A stretch of DNA of 56,140 bases, counting the filler, from Jimgerdemannia flammicorona (lineage: Eukaryota): NCBI GenBank assembly GCA_003990765.1. It is 3 parts of 3 records of this genome, joined end to end, with 100 filler letters (N's around TTAATTAATTAA, not from the genome) between each part and the next. Parts side by side here need not be neighbours in the genome. Positions count along the whole stretch, not along the records: positions 18,751 to 37,396 come from RBNJ01002150.1; positions 37,497 to 56,140 come from RBNJ01002151.1; 1 more part is not named here. The stretch is one strand, 5' to 3'. Shown piece after piece: positions 23,952 through 37,869 of this stretch. Position 1 is the first letter of the stretch; the number at the start of each line of letters is the position of its first letter. The position numbers were made by a program, and so were the translations under genes. The notes under the pieces are model-generated. The model saw only the letters and a program-made list of their open reading frames with translations. It was not told the DNA's origin and did not search any database.

Positions 23952-24896
23952 GGGGGTGGTGGAGAGAGCACACAGAATTGGTCTGCACTGGTGAGACAAT
24001 GAGTGAGAGGTGATGTGGGGTCCCAATATGTAGTAATGGGACAGACTGCTTTTGGGGGGTGCTCTGCTTGCTGAGTTTGATATTGGAGATAGAGTGGAGT
24101 GTCAGCAGAGTATTGGCTGGGATCTTTGGCCAAGTGGATGGCAGGCAGCAAGGATTGGCAAGGAGTGGGACTGGGCAGGCATCTGGTCATGGAGTGCTGA
24201 GGTATGGAGGTGGCTTCCTCCCAAGTTCTGGGTGGTATGGTGGAGAATGCTACGGAGGAATTTCATGTTGAATTTTCATACAGGGCATCTGGTAGAAGGT
24301 GGCTGATTAGATTGTGAGGAGTGTTATAATGTAGAGCAAGTTGGGGCATTGGTGCAGACACCAGAACATTGGCTGAGAGAGTGTGTAGTTTTGGAGGACT
24401 TTTGGATAGAAGTAGGGAATAGACTGAGTATAGAGAGGAGGCTGGATAGTGTAAGAGGCCACTGGAAGGATCTGAAATCTTGGCTAGTGGGTGGTGTGGA
24501 CAATAGTTAGCTCACTGTAGGATGGGTTTTAGCAGTGTGGGTAGGACTGGCTGGTCATTGGCTTTTTATTTTTGAGAAGGAGCGATAGATGGGTTTACAG
24601 AAGAAGTTGTTAAGGTGAGAGGGGTTGTTGGGGGATCTGCTGACGGGTGATGGGTGGGCTGGGGTCCCCAGGGTGGGCAGTATCATGGTCTGATAGAAAG
24701 GATCTGTGAACAGAGTGGTGGGCAGGTAGAGATGGTGTTAGACAAAGTGGTCTTTCATTAAGTGAGAATGAGGGGGAAGAGAGGCCCTCCTAGGGGAATC
24801 AGATGAGGGGTGGGCTCAATGTGTTTATATAGGATAGATGGGTATTAATAAAGGAAGGAGTCCAAGTGACTATAAAAAAAAAAAAAAAAAAAAAAA
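23952..24896 (+). mobile_element. 5'-truncated LINE (~945 bp) with poly(A), inserted in the family B protease region
   Basis: Matches the 3' end of the full LINE (gagtccaagtgactat + A tail). Decayed 17-bp TSD gacaatgaaatcatcct / gacaacaaaattatcct (23935-23951, 24897-24913). Empty site in copy 3 near 36190. Confidence 0.93.
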
Positions 24897-26049
24897 GACA
24901 ACAAAATTATCCTTGGAATCCCATGGTTGAAACAAGAGAACCTCATGATTGATTGGATAAACCATTCTCTGATTATCAAGAAAGGATGTCACAATTTCAA
25001 ACTGTAAGATGAAAAGGACCCACTCAGTCCCAGTGACTCTGGACCAAAGATCACCTATATTAACAAGCTACTGCTCAAGAAATTGGCCAAGAAATGCCCT
25101 CTCTTTGCCATCTCCATCCGTCCATCCAAAGGAGAACCCAAGAACTCTGAAGAAGATTTTTCCAAAGTTGACAGCTATGTTAGACCCCTACTCTAGAAAT
25201 TCCAAGACATATTCCCAAAGAAACTTCTGAAAGGCCTACCTCCTAAATAAGCAGTAGACCATGCCATCAAGACTATCTCAGATACCAAGCCAGCCTTTAA
25301 GTCAATATACCATATATCTCTAAGAGAAATTGATGCACTATAAAAGAGTTACTTGTTAGGGTAACTGTTACATAGTTCTAGAAGGGTTTTCTGGAAGTTC
25401 TGGATATTCTGGAAGACTGTTTTCTTAAGGTCAAGACCAATTTCATATAGAGTTCATCCTCTATACTTATTGATTTCAAGATCAAATTAACATCTCAACC
25501 AAAGGCCTTTTTTGGACTAGTTCTAGATGTTTAGGATTTTCCATATTTCAGGAAGTTCAAGAAACTAAGACCAGCTTAGTTGAATTGGTATATTGCTGCA
25601 GACAACACCCAATTAGGAAATTTTATGATAGGGTTAGGAGTGGGATCTAATAGAGAGTGGATTTACTTAAGAGTAGTTTGTGGGTTATTAAATAGGTTTA
25701 TTTGCTATTTATGATATTGCTATACTAGGAGTAGTTATGTGAAGGAATATTGTGAAGAAGTGTTCAGAAATGTTCTTGTGTATTTGAGTCTCTGATTCTG
25801 AGGTCTGGGGGAGGGAGTATTTATACTTTTTTTTTTTTTTTTTTTTTTTATAGTCACTTGGACTCCTTTATTACCAATACATATGTCTATCCTCTATATA
25901 ATACACAGTGCCCCACCCCTACCTGATCCCCCTAGAGACTCCCCCCCTCTATCCCTTCTCGATGAAAGACCACTTTATCAAACACCATTTCCACCTGCCA
26001 TCACTCTGTCTACAGATCCCTTCCACCAGATGGCGATGTTGCCCCCCTT

Positions 26050-29000
26050 AAGGACCCCATCCAACCCACCACCCAGTCAGTAGATCCCCCACCAACTCCT
26101 CCCACCTCAATAACTTCTCCTGTATCCCTATCTATCACCTCTCCTCAAAAACAAAGAGCCAATATCCAGCCAACCCCACCCACACTGCTATAACCCACCC
26201 TACAGTGAGCCACCTATTGCCAACACCTCTCACCAGTCTAGATTCCAAATCCTCTCAGCGACCTCTCTCCATCCGGTCTCCATTTGACACCCAGCTGGTC
26301 CCCTATAGCTATCCAAAAGTCCTCCAGAACCTCACACTCTCCCAGCCAATGTACCGGTATCTGCACAAATCCCCCAGCTTACCCTACATTATAACACTCC
26401 TCACAATCCAGTCAACCACCATCCACCAGATGCCCAGCATGGAAATTTAACATAATATTTCTCTACAGCATTCGCCACCATACTACCCAGAACTTGGGAG
26501 GAAGCCACCTCTGCACCTCAGCACTCCAAGACCTGATTCCTGCCCAGTCCCACTCTTCACCAATCCTCACCGCCTACCAACTACTTGGCCAAAGATCCTG
26601 ACCAAGTCCCCACTAACACTCCACTCTATCACTAAGATCAAACTTAGCAAGTGGAACTCTCCCTAGAAGCAGATGGTCCCATCGCCACATAGCTGGGCCC
26701 CACACCACCTCCCCCTCATTGTCTCGCCAGCGCAGGCCTATCCAGTATGCTCCATCCACCACTCCCCACCAGAAGCCCTTAAACTGTAGCTGTTGGCTTC
26801 CATTCAGATCCACCAAAGAGAGTAGATCTCCTGAGGACCCCCGGGGGGAGAATCTCATCTCCCACACCTTCTGCATCAGCAGTACCCAACCTCCACCCTG
26901 TAGATCAATAGCTCTTTTCAACCACCAGGCTCACAGGCAGTGTGGTCACTTAGGGAAATCGACAAGGCCTAGGCCTCCCCTAAGCACCGGCTCTACAAGG
27001 GTATCCCAACTGATCTGGGCCCTTCTTCCAGCCCAAATCCAATCCCTAGCCAGTTTTGTCAGCCTCTTCACCACCCAGGCTGGAAAGTCTAAGTAGTATG
27101 CTACATACCATAGCTTGGAGAACCAGTAAATATTCAGAATCGCCACTCACCCCGCCAGGGAGATGTGACGACCCCCCCAACCTTTAGTGCCTCTCCCCAA
27201 ATGACCACCCTCCTCTCCCACCATATCTGTGGCAGGACTGATCCATATATAGACAGGAAGATACCTAGATACTGCACCACCTCTCCTGTAGGGACAATTG
27301 TTCCAATGATGTCCCCTCCCACTAGCTCATTCCTCAACACCATTATCTCACACTTATGCTAGTTGAGTTTTGCTCCAGAGTGTGCCTCATACCATTCTAC
27401 TGTTTCCTGAAGAGCCTCTACATCTGCTACTGATCCAAGTCCAACTATCATATCATCTGCAAAGACTCTCACTTTCTACTCTACACCATACACAGAGAGC
27501 CCAGCCACCTTCCTACAGATCCTATCCATCAAAGGTTCCAGGGAAAGGACATAAAGGATAGGAGACAGCAGGTCTCCTTGAGGAACTCCTCTCCCCAAGA
27601 GAAATGCCAAACCCCTATGACCATTATACATCAGTGCTGCTTGACTCCCCTCCAACAAATTCAACATAGACTCCCAAAACTGTGGTGGAATACCAATTCG
27701 GTCTAGTACCTTGCCCAGCCAAACCTGCCAAACACAGTCATAGGCCTTCTTCTGGTCCAAAAAAACCAATCTACCATCCAGTCCACAAGCCCAGACCCCT
27801 TCAATAATGCCATGCACCCAGGCAGTCCTATCTCTGATAAGTCTACCTCCTACAAAGCCCTGCTGCTCCTCACCCAGCACCTGTTGGGCAACCTTCTATA
27901 GTCTTGCAACAATCACCTTAGTCACCAACTTCTGGTCCATATCCAGAAGCATGATCGGCCTCTAGTTCTTCCAATCCTCGTACCTGCTCTTGTCTTTGTA
28001 CAAAAGGGCCACCAGCCCTAAGTCCTGCTCTCCAACCCACATACCATTTAGAAGAACATAGTCACAGAGGGCAGCTATCTCTCCCAGCACTCTAGGGACT
28101 TTTGCCATCTTCTTCCAGAAGTCCCATGGTAACCCATCCTCCTCTGGCACTGTCCCAAGCTTAGTTGCTGCCAGGACTCCTTGGATCTCCTCCTCTTGGA
28201 CTGGTATGATCAAGTCACCCAGTCCCTCCACCTGTGGCGGCTTCCACTCCTCCAGTGTGTTGCCAATTGTCTCTGTATCAGTACCCCCTTCTTTCTCACT
28301 CCATAGACCCTGCCATTTCTCCTTCAATACTCTTAGGATCTGTTACGTACCATATACCAAATCCCCCTCAGCATTAAGGACCCCATCCCACCGATGTCTC
28401 ACCCTCCTAGCTTTGAGGAGCCTAGACAAGTATCTAGTAGGCTGCTCTCTCTCCTCAAGCCCCTGCCACCTTAGCCTGGTAGCTATTCCTTGCATATGAG
28501 TCTCCTCCTCCTCTCTTAACACCTGTTGTAGTTCCACTACCTCCAATTTCGCCCACTCTAATCTCTAATCCTCCACCTCACCAGAAGTAAGCAAATCAGC
28601 CCACTCTATCTGCAATCTCCTCAGCCTATCTGAAGCACACCTTACACACTTCCTCCTCTGTCTCCCAGCCTCTCTACCAGCTCCTCCCCAATAGACCCTC
28701 ACAGCCTCCTTCAACCTCATCCAATGGACACCCACAGACAAACTCTCCTGCCTCCAGAGAGGAACCTTCGCCTGGATGTCCTCCACCCATGAGTCCCACA
28801 ACCCTTTCTCAGCCAGCAGAGAGGAGTTAAGGTGCCAATATTCAGGTCCATCTCCACTCCCCCCAAACTGCCCCTGCCCTAATAGTCCCTAGTGATCAGA
28901 CCACAGGCACCACTCTACCTCCAAAGTCTTCCAAACATCAGCACCTCAATATTTGGCTGTCAGAATCCAGTCAATCCGTATCCCTAAGCCATTCACCCAG

Positions 29001-29571
29001 TGTGTGTAGACCCTGGTGTTACCCTATCACATTCTGCCCAATCCCCTAAAGAGCTAAGATTCTCTACCTCCTCCCATGCATCCAGACCACCACTTCTCCC
29101 ACCGGCATTTCTCCCTCCATCAGTTCTATCTAATTGCGGATCCCGAACCATATTAAAATCACCACCCAGAATATCAACACCTTCCTCTAAAAAGACACCC
29201 TCCTCCAGCAGCTCCTTAATCCATGCAATTCTCTCATCTCTCACTGCAGGGCAGTAGCAGGAGCCAACTCTTACTGAATCCCACCCCGGCTGATGCCATT
29301 CTCCCCAGACCAAGCGGTCACCCCAGTTTTTGATTCCCTCTAAGTCTCCTCTACCCTTCTTCACCAGAATCGCCACTTTGCCAAACCAAGCTATAGCCCC
29401 ACCCCAGTACCTAGTCCACTTTACCTGATCATCCTCATCCTTACACTGTACATCCTGCAGTAAAAAGAGATCAGCCTCTAATCCCTTGAGTCAAGTAAAA
29501 ATGTTCTTTCACTGCCCAGAACCCCGTAACCCATTCACATTCAGTGAGAAAATGTTAGTTGTACTATTCAT
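26050..29571 (-). pseudogene. LINE ORF2 (AP endonuclease, RT, C-terminal zinc finger)
   Basis: MNSTTNIFSLNVNGLRG...LLQD, LGGDFN, SDH; EEQQGFVGGRLI, FLDQKKAYD, GVPQGDLLSP, FADD at about 27453-27464; CEEC...HWLGEC. 3' end approximate. Confidence 0.93.
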
Positions 29572-29574
29572 AGG

Positions 29575-31622
29575 GAATAATGTTATGTGATGATCTCATC
29601 CTCTACAAATCTGCATTCAACTCCTCCTGTGCCAAGTCTAAGTCACATTCTGCCACTAGTTCCTTCTTTTCAGCTTTCTGTACCTCCAACCCTCCCAGAA
29701 GTTCCACCATTACCCCATCCTCTTTCTCCTCAAAGTCCTCACAATACTCCAGACAGGCCTCCTGCCAGAACTGCAAACCATGATGCTCTGCCCAGCAGTA
29801 GACAGCCCGCTCACCAGCAACTCCCACCAGCTCTGCCTTCTGTACCTCATCTACCTTGTATCTCTCCTCCTTTAGGAGGATCACAAGAATCTCCATCTTC
29901 AGTGCCTCCACCACCCCATCACCATGCAGAATCCATTCCCAATGCTCCTCAGGCATTACATGCAGGTCCACTTCTCCCAATATCTCAGCTACAAGATTAT
30001 CCATCACCTTGCTCATCTACAGCAGGTTCCCCACCTCCTTCCCTCCAGGTGTCCTTGGCCGCCCTACATCTAGCATCATGGTATCTGCTCCTATACTGGC
30101 AGCCTCATCCCACTCCTCCTCTGGGACATCCACCAGCTCATCCTCACCAACTGCCACCACCTGACCCCCTTTTGCCACATTGGGGACCCCAAAGTGAACT
30201 CACTGAGCCCCCTCCATCAGCATATCCACTGCCACCCCTCTCTTTGCAACTGGGCCCCTCCTGATAAGAGGTGGGGGGGTACTATCCAACTCCTGCTCCC
30301 AGATCTCAAAAGTACCATCCGCATAGAGGTCCTTGCTCGGCACCTTCCCAATCTCTTTCCTGTTCATCTCCACCTCCCCTCCTCCTTTACTAGCCCAGAC
30401 ACTAGCTTCGACACCTCCAGACTCCTCAGCCCCATCCACCTTCTTCTTCAGCCCTCCTGTCATACTGGCCAAAAGCTCCCTCTGCCTCAAGCGCCCCTGG
30501 GCCCACTCCCACTGCCTCTTGTCAGTGTGGATATGCTTCCCCTCCACAATCTCCAAATGTGTCAACTCCTCAAAGAGCTTCTAGGCCTTCACCCACTGTT
30601 CAACTGCTCTACTCAACTCCTCCAATGCTTCCAACAAGTCTTCCTCCTCCTCTTCACTCCCCTTTACCCTCGACACCTTACAGACAAAAGCCCCCCACAT
30701 CAACACTGAGGGCCAGTCACTTGCCTTCCCTGTGGCCTCCTTCCCTGCCAGTCTAATCCTGATATCAACATCTCCCATCCTAATCACAGTTCCCTCCCAC
30801 ACCTGGAAGCCAATATCCACCACATCACCATACTCTGCCATCACCTCATCCACTCTCCTCCTAGTCTCCTCCTTCATCACTGTAGGCACTCTCTTCACCA
30901 GCAGCTGCACCACTCTGGGTCCCACCTCAGACAGCACACCATGGGGACCACTACCTCTCCAACTGCCACTCCAGTCTTCAGGGCCTCTTCCAGTGGGCCC
31001 GCCTCCTCAAAGCCCACCTCAACCCCCTCCAGACCCTTCAGAAACTTCACCGAGGCAGCCCCAGCTATCTGCTTTGAGATAAGACCCAAGACCATCCTCG
31101 CCATTACAGCTAAGTCTCTGAAACATAGCATCACTGCAAACTCTGAGATTGATTTCTTGAGTAACAGTTACTGCCAGCCCGTCACACCATCGGCCAGGTC
31201 CCCCTTCTGCATCGGGAACCCCTGCCCCACTCTGCTATCAGCTGTCACATCTTCTTTTTTTTCCTGATTTCCCGTCATGCTTCTATCAGCAGTCCCACTC
31301 CCAGCTACAGCACCTCTAGCACCTACACTTGCATCCCCCACCAGAGCACCTCCCCCCCTCCCTAGGCTCGCCTTGTCCTTCCCTACAGCAGCACCAGCCC
31401 TAGCTCCAGCTGGCCACTCACTCCCCTTCACCATATCTGCAAAGCTTGGGGGCCTAGGCCTTCCTCCATCACCACCAGCCACTGGTCCACCTCCAGATCT
31501 CTCACCACCCTTTGACCCTCCAAAGGCCCCCATCCCTAGGCCATAACCCCTCTCTACATTCTGCCAACTGAAGGCCCCAGGTCCACCTGACTCAGCATGC
31601 CTGTCAGAACTCTTGCTCAATG
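29575..31622 (-). pseudogene. LINE ORF1
   Basis: MSLSKSSDRH... Gly/Ala-rich N-terminus with SFADMVKG, an RRM-like middle (VQLLVKRVP...EYGDVVDIGF) and an acidic helical C-terminus, directly upstream of ORF2. Confidence 0.8.
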
Positions 31623-34600
31623 ACATTGTTATAATACCTTTTCTCTGAGTTGTGTCGAAAACTGTTGCTTGAAGTTGGTGTAACATGAATTGTACTAGAG
31701 AAAGGATGTGGTCAGGGGGTATTTATACTAGTGAGGGGCTATCTGGGCTATGCTGAATATAGATATAGTACTTAGTACCTTGCTGAGTCAGAATGCAGTC
31801 ATATAGTACAAGTGTGATCTGATATGTCAAGGGATCATCTGACTGCTGAGTCAGTTTACAGTCACATTATATAAGACTAATCTAACTATACTATGACTGC
31901 TAAGCTATTTATAGATTTAGATACTGTCTGGGTAGTCTTTGATGACATTACCATCTATGACATCATCTCTGATGAAGTAGTTATCTAGGAAGAGTTGTTC
32001 ACAGATTAACTCTTCTTGTAATAATATATTGGGACTTCATTATCATCCCACAGGATAGCATCATCTGTTTCATATGCTGGGTAAGGTGTTGGTGAGTGAA
32101 AGAGAGGTGCATCATCTTCACTTTCATCAGATTCACTGTCTGCATATCTCCTATAAGTTACAGTACTATGAGTTGCTAGGTTGTAGTAAACTGGTAGCTA
32201 TGGTTCATGTGGTTTATACTCAGGTGGTGGAGTGGTTGGTTCGATCTTGAGGGTTGTCTGGAGGTACAGATTGTGTTCTCTGGTCTCTTTATTATAGTTG
32301 AAGTAATTGGGGATAAATGCAGGTTAGTATTCATGCCAGTGGTCATTGTCCCAATAAGTCTCATAGGTGGTTATGAACTATTGTAAGTTCATTAGCAGTA
32401 TTGGCGGAGTGATCAGAGTTGACAGAGATTCTTGGCTTGAGGTCATATCAATATCAGAGAGGTCATTGTCTTCTGCTTCATCTTCATCAAATCAGATTAT
32501 ATTATAGACATCCTTCATAGCATATTCAACTTGAGGAATTTGCAGGATATAGTCATTGGGGTGTGGGAAGGTTCTGTCTGTGGTCTGAATGTACTTGAGG
32601 TACTTGTGATTAAGTTCTCATATCATGTCATCAATTTGGCCATAGGACAGAGTAGCAACTATTTCACTGATAGTAACTCGGAGATGGGGAATAACTATGT
32701 TATACTTATAAAAGAGTTCTCAGTGTTTGTGGGTAATGAGCTTCTGGTGTTGAGATATCTGAGTAATGTCTGTATCATAGTGGTGTTTGACTATATCTTC
32801 CAGGAGGTGGCCAATCTGGTAGTAGCTTGAGATTTGTCTGATTTAGTGGGCTTTGCTAAGCATGTTCAGGGCATTCCATTGGACTTCCCCAAAGTAGAGA
32901 GGTGCTAAGCTATAGATATTCATAAGGAGCAGAGGGGGTGTGGCTCAGTTGACAATGGCATTCCAAATGTCAGTGTAGATGTAGTTGTAGATCTCAGTGG
33001 TCATGTTTATATATATTCAGAAGTTGTGGTTTATGTGTTTGGTTTGTTTTGGTTCTCTGTTTCAATGTAGCTTAGTACTTGATATATGTATATGTATTTG
33101 GTCCTGATTGGTAAGATCCCATTTGTATAAATCTTGTATTCTGTGACTTCATATTGACTCAGCTTTGTATGATGTAACTTTGGTTTGACTCAGCTTCGTG
33201 ATCTTGCAGGTGATTTCCAGATTTGTTCAGAGGTCGCATATGATTTCAGTGGCTTGTTCTGAGGGTAATATGTGATTTCAGTGGCTTGGAGGTTGTACAC
33301 TTACAACTCTCCCCTTCTTAGCTTTCAATGTCCTCATTGGAGCCTTCTAATTTGTTCTAGTATTGTTACACCATTTGGAAGGTCAAAAGTCTAGTGAAGT
33401 TCATTTTTCTCAGAAAGTGGCATACTCATAGTACAGTTGCCTAATATATTGGATTCATAAGTTAAAGAGTCATATATTCAATGCCATGTGCTGGAAGTGA
33501 TTCTGACATCATTCACTGCTGGAGAATTTCCTCTAAGGAATCTTCTTAAATGTCTATGTCTCATTTTCCACCAGTGGTATGGGGAGAATAGGCTTGCTTT
33601 CAGTTTTGCTATTTTTTCAGAGAGTTAGTATTCTTTTGTGTTGACTTGTTGAGTTCTTGATTTTTTTAATGATAATAATGTTCAGGAGGATAATATATAG
33701 TATGTACTGATAGGTACCAGGTATTTAGTTTTAGTTATTCAAGGAATCATATTCCTGAACTAAGTCAGTGGCATTCTGGAGATTGGTCTTGAGTTCCCAG
33801 GTTGCATCATGGATTGGGTAACCTTTCTATTTGACAAGGTACTCAGGGTGGTTCTTGTGGCTATGTTTGGTGAGAATTTGTTCAACTTCATACTCTTCCT
33901 GGTCATTGATAATGATAGGTACAGGTGAGGTGGTTCTGAAGTTCAGTTTGGGAATAGCTCATCATCATTTTCATTGTATTGCTTAAGATGTTGGATATTA
34001 AAGACTGGGTGAATTCTAATGATGTCTGGTAGCACCAATTTGTAGAAAGTGGGAGAGACTTATATAATGACTTCAAATGGTCCAATAAACTTGCTATTCA
34101 GCTTTGTAGATAATCTGTGCTTGAGGTTGTCAACTTGGTATCCTCAGATATCCAGTAGAACTTTTTCTCCTATATCAAAAGTCTCTTCTCAGTGATGTTG
34201 GTTGATATACTGTGACTGTTGTTCTTGAGCTTACAATAAATTCTCGATTGCAATCTGGCTTAGATTGTGTATTTAGAGTAGGAATTCTTCAATAGCTTCA
34301 ACTGTAGAGGGTTCATCAGTAGTTCAGATAAGTGTCAGAGGAGTGTTTGGGTTTTGTCCTATATTGGCAAAGAATGGGGTTATTCCAAGAGAGGCTTGCT
34401 TGCTATTGTTGTAAGCAAACTCGACTGCAGTAAGATATTCATGTCAATCATCTTGTCTATAGGAAATATAGTTCCTTAGCATTTGTTCCAGAGTTCAGTT
34501 CATTCTTTTAGTTTGGCCATCAGCTTCAGGATGAAAGGCTATAGATGGTACAAGTTTTGTTCCAAGGTATACATGGAGGGCTTTCCAAAAATGACTGGTG

Positions 34601-37295
34601 AATTTTGGGTCTCAGTCACTAACAATAATCTTTGGAAGACCATGATAGCAGAAGATATTATCAAACAAGAGTGTGGCTATGTCTGGCATTGTTGCAGTAG
34701 TAATAGTTGGTATGAAGTGGGCTTGTTTGTTGAGGTAGTCTATGAAGACAATAATTGCATCTTTCCCATTCTTGGTTTGGAGTAGTTGTACAATGAAGTC
34801 TATAGAGATTTATTCCCAATTAGCAGATGGTACTGGGATAGGGTGAAGTAGGCCAGGTTTTGCTAGTGTTAAGGACTTGTTCCATTGGTAAGCATCACAG
34901 GAAGTGATGTAGGTCTTTAGCTGATCTGCCATATGGAGCCAATAGAAGTCAGGAGATAACTTTGTAGCATTTGTCAAATCCTAAATGTTCAGTAGTAGGG
35001 GCATCATGACATTTGAATAGGATAGTCCTTTAAAGGTCTCAGTTGTTTGGAATATACAATCTGTCCTTATAGTAGATTGTATTATCCTTCAGTTGGTATT
35101 GCTGATACCAGGTATACTTATCAGCATTGTCACTACTTAGAATTTCTCAGAGTACTTGAGCTTCTTTATTATCAGTACATGCTGCAATAATTTGTTCCAT
35201 GATAGAGTTTGTAACCAAGGTGAGGGTTTGGATAACTTCTTCGATTAGTAGTCTAGAGATTGCATCAGCAATAATATTTTCCTTGCCAGGGCAATACTGG
35301 ATTTTGTAGTCAAAGTTGGTGAGAACTTTCATCCATCTGGCTTGCTTTCGGGAAAGAGTAGCCTGGGTCTTGATGTTGACTAATGATTTGTGGTCAGTTA
35401 ATACAATGAAGTGTGCTCCTTCTAGGTATGGTCACCATTTGATCAGGGTGTCTATAATGGCTAACAATTCCTTCTCATAAGTTGCATAGTTGATTTCAGC
35501 ATCATTGAACTTTCAAGAGTAATAGGCCACAGGGTGTCCTTCTTGTATGAGCACTGCTCCAAGAGCTAGGTCAGAGGCATCAGTAGTAACTTCATATAGT
35601 AGGGCAGAGTTTGCTGCTTGAAGTACTGGAGTGGTTGTCATGGTAATCAATACACATTTGCAAGTCTCCTCCTTTCTTTATAATAAAGAGAACTGGTGCA
35701 CTATAGAGTGATATACTAGATCTGATGAATCCTTGTTCTAGGAGTTCATCAATTTCTTTCTTAAGTGCATCAATTTCTCTTGGAGATATGTAGTAGATTG
35801 ACTTGAAGGCTGCCTTGGCATCTGGAATAGTCTTGATAGCATGGTCTACTGCTCATTTAGGAGGTAGGCCTTTTGGGAGCTTCTTTGGAAATATGTCTCA
35901 GAATTTCTAGAATAGGGGTCTAACATGGCTGTCAACTTTGGAAAAGTCTTCTTCAGAGTTGTTGGTTCCTTCTTTGGATGGGTGGATGGAGATGGCAAAG
36001 AGAGGACATTTTTGGCCAATTTCTTGAGCTATAGCTTGTTGATGTGGGTGATCTTTAGTCCAGAGTTGCTAGAGCTGAGTGGGTCCTTTTCACCTTACAG
36101 TTTGAAGTTATGGCATTCTTTCTTGATGGTCAGAGAATAATTTACCCAATCGATCATGGAGTTCTCTTATTTCAACCATGGAGTCCCAAGGATGATTTCA
36201 TTATCAGAAAGTGGTACAATCTGGAGAGTAACATGTACTCAGTAGTCACCAATTCAGAAGGACAAGTTGCAAACTTCCTTACTAATGACATGAGAGGTTT
36301 CATCAGCTATGGCAACTGCTTGAGTTTGTTGTACTGGAGATGTCAGGACCTTGAGTCTGTTAGCTGTTTCTACATTAATAAAGTTGCCTGAGGCACCACT
36401 GTCTATCATAATCTTGACAGGTGCTCAGTTGACAAAAGCTTGAAGTGTTAGCAGTTTGTCTGATCCAATGGTAGTGATTTCAGTTATAAGAGCTTTTCTT
36501 CTGTTAGTTCTTCTTTGAGCCAATTCATTGACACAAGAGAAGCAATCATCAATCATTTAGAAAGAGTATATTCCAATGCCATGGAGACATCAGCCACTTG
36601 GTATATATCTATCTTTGATTTTCTTACAGAATTGTTCTTCTTTACTTATGGTAGGTTGGGCTGGGGTCTTGTTTGATGAGCCGAATCCTTTAGATCCTTG
36701 GATGGTGGGCAGTAGTTTAGAGACTTCTTTGACTATCAGTATTGATTCAATTTTCTTGAATAGGATCTGGGTAATATAGAAGCCAATGGGGATCTTGAAG
36801 AGTGTCCAACTATGGTTTCGGATGAGGACAATAATTTCACCTGTGTTATCTTCGTCAATGACTCCTCCTTCTACTGAAAGTCCTTTCAATGCTAGGCTGC
36901 TATGACAGTATATTCTTCCAACATATCCTTCAGAGATTTGGATGCTGATTCCTGTATAAACTTGCTTGACTTCTTGGTTAGAGACTGTAGCTTTTTCAGC
37001 TGCATATAGGTCATAACTAGCTGCCTTTTGACTTTCTTTGGTTGGGGCCTTGGCAGTTTGCCTTAACTTGACAAAGTCTACTGTTCTAGTGGTCAGGTTA
37101 TTGAGGTGGTGCAGAGTAGTAACAGTTGCTCATATTGCTGTTTGGGGTTTTCGGTTAGGGCAGACACTGGCCATATATCCTGTCTTTCAATAATAGAAGC
37201 ATGCTCTACTTCCTTGAAGTTCATTTTCATTTCTTTCTCCTTCAGTGAGTTTCTTGAAGGTACTCAGCTGAGTGAGTTTATGATTTCTGGGTGTC

Positions 37296-37385
37296 TGTAA
37301 GAGGGTTACTTGTTAGAGTAACCATTACATAGTTCTGGAAGGGTTTTCTGGAAGTTCTGGATATTCTGGAAAACTGTTTTCTCAA
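37296..37385 (-). mobile_element. Family B copy 4: LTR terminus inserted in gag of copy 3, cut by poly(T) and the gap
   Basis: tgtaagagggttacttgttagag... is identical in form to 7618 and begins mid-gag. Confidence 0.88.
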
Positions 37386-37396
37386 TTTTTTTTTTT

Positions 37397-37496
37397 NNNN
37401 NNNNNNNNNNNNNNNNNNNNNNNNNNNNNNNNNNNNNNNNTTAATTAATTAANNNNNNNNNNNNNNNNNNNNNNNNNNNNNNNNNNNNNNNNNNNN
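37397..37496. other. Assembly gap with TTAATTAATTAA linker
   Basis: N runs flanking the linker at 37441-37452. Confidence 0.97.
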
Positions 37497-37869
37497 AACA
37501 ACTATAGTTTTCTATATTCCAATATTTTATTTAGTTATTGGAATTTATATTTATCTTTATAACTTAGTAACTATTGAATTATATTTTGTATAAATACCCC
37601 TCTTATTTTCTTTGAAATAAAGTCAGTTCTAGTTTACTTATACTCAATTCTATACAAGCAATCTAAGAGATAACAAAATAGTTTAAAGATAAGAAGTTTG
37701 AGAACTATAAGATCTTGAGAAGATACTTCAATAAGAACTTGCTTATAACAAACTTGTGGTTAGTCTAAGAGATATACCTTAGAGAGAATCTGATATATTT
37801 GAAGGACTCAGTAACTACTACATAATAACTTAGTGTCTATTGGCTAGTGATTCAAGATAAATCTCTCAC

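Larger units (their letters stand above)
19243..25338 (+). mobile_element. Ty3/Gypsy family B, copy 2 (5' LTR 19243-21034, PBS, gag, dUTPase, protease, start of RT)
   Basis: LTR end ccctcttata (decayed CTTACA); zinc knuckle CFYCQKIGYMVSAC at about 22938-22980; protease IMIDSGASGNFI at about 23728-23763. Confidence 0.92.
25827..31713 (-). mobile_element. Full-length L1/Tx1-like LINE (~5.9 kb)
   Basis: Poly(T) at 25827-25848 on +. ~15-bp TSD agggagtatttatac / agggggtatttatac (25812-25826, 31714-31728). Carries ORF1 and ORF2. Confidence 0.95.
25339..37295 (-). mobile_element. Ty3/Gypsy family B, copy 3 (3' LTR split by a LINE; chromodomain, IN, RH, RT with deletion, PR, dUTPase, end of gag)
   Basis: LTR 25339-25826 plus 31714-33305; PPT 33306-33319; chromodomain EEYEVEQIL...EYLVK*KGY..DATWE at about 33770-33900; dUTPase ORF 36590-36889. 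Confidence 0.93.

Noticed and set aside
29587..31546. Pro/Ser-rich + strand ORFs (also 1339-4972)
   Set aside because: Antisense shadows of the purine-rich LINE ORFs.
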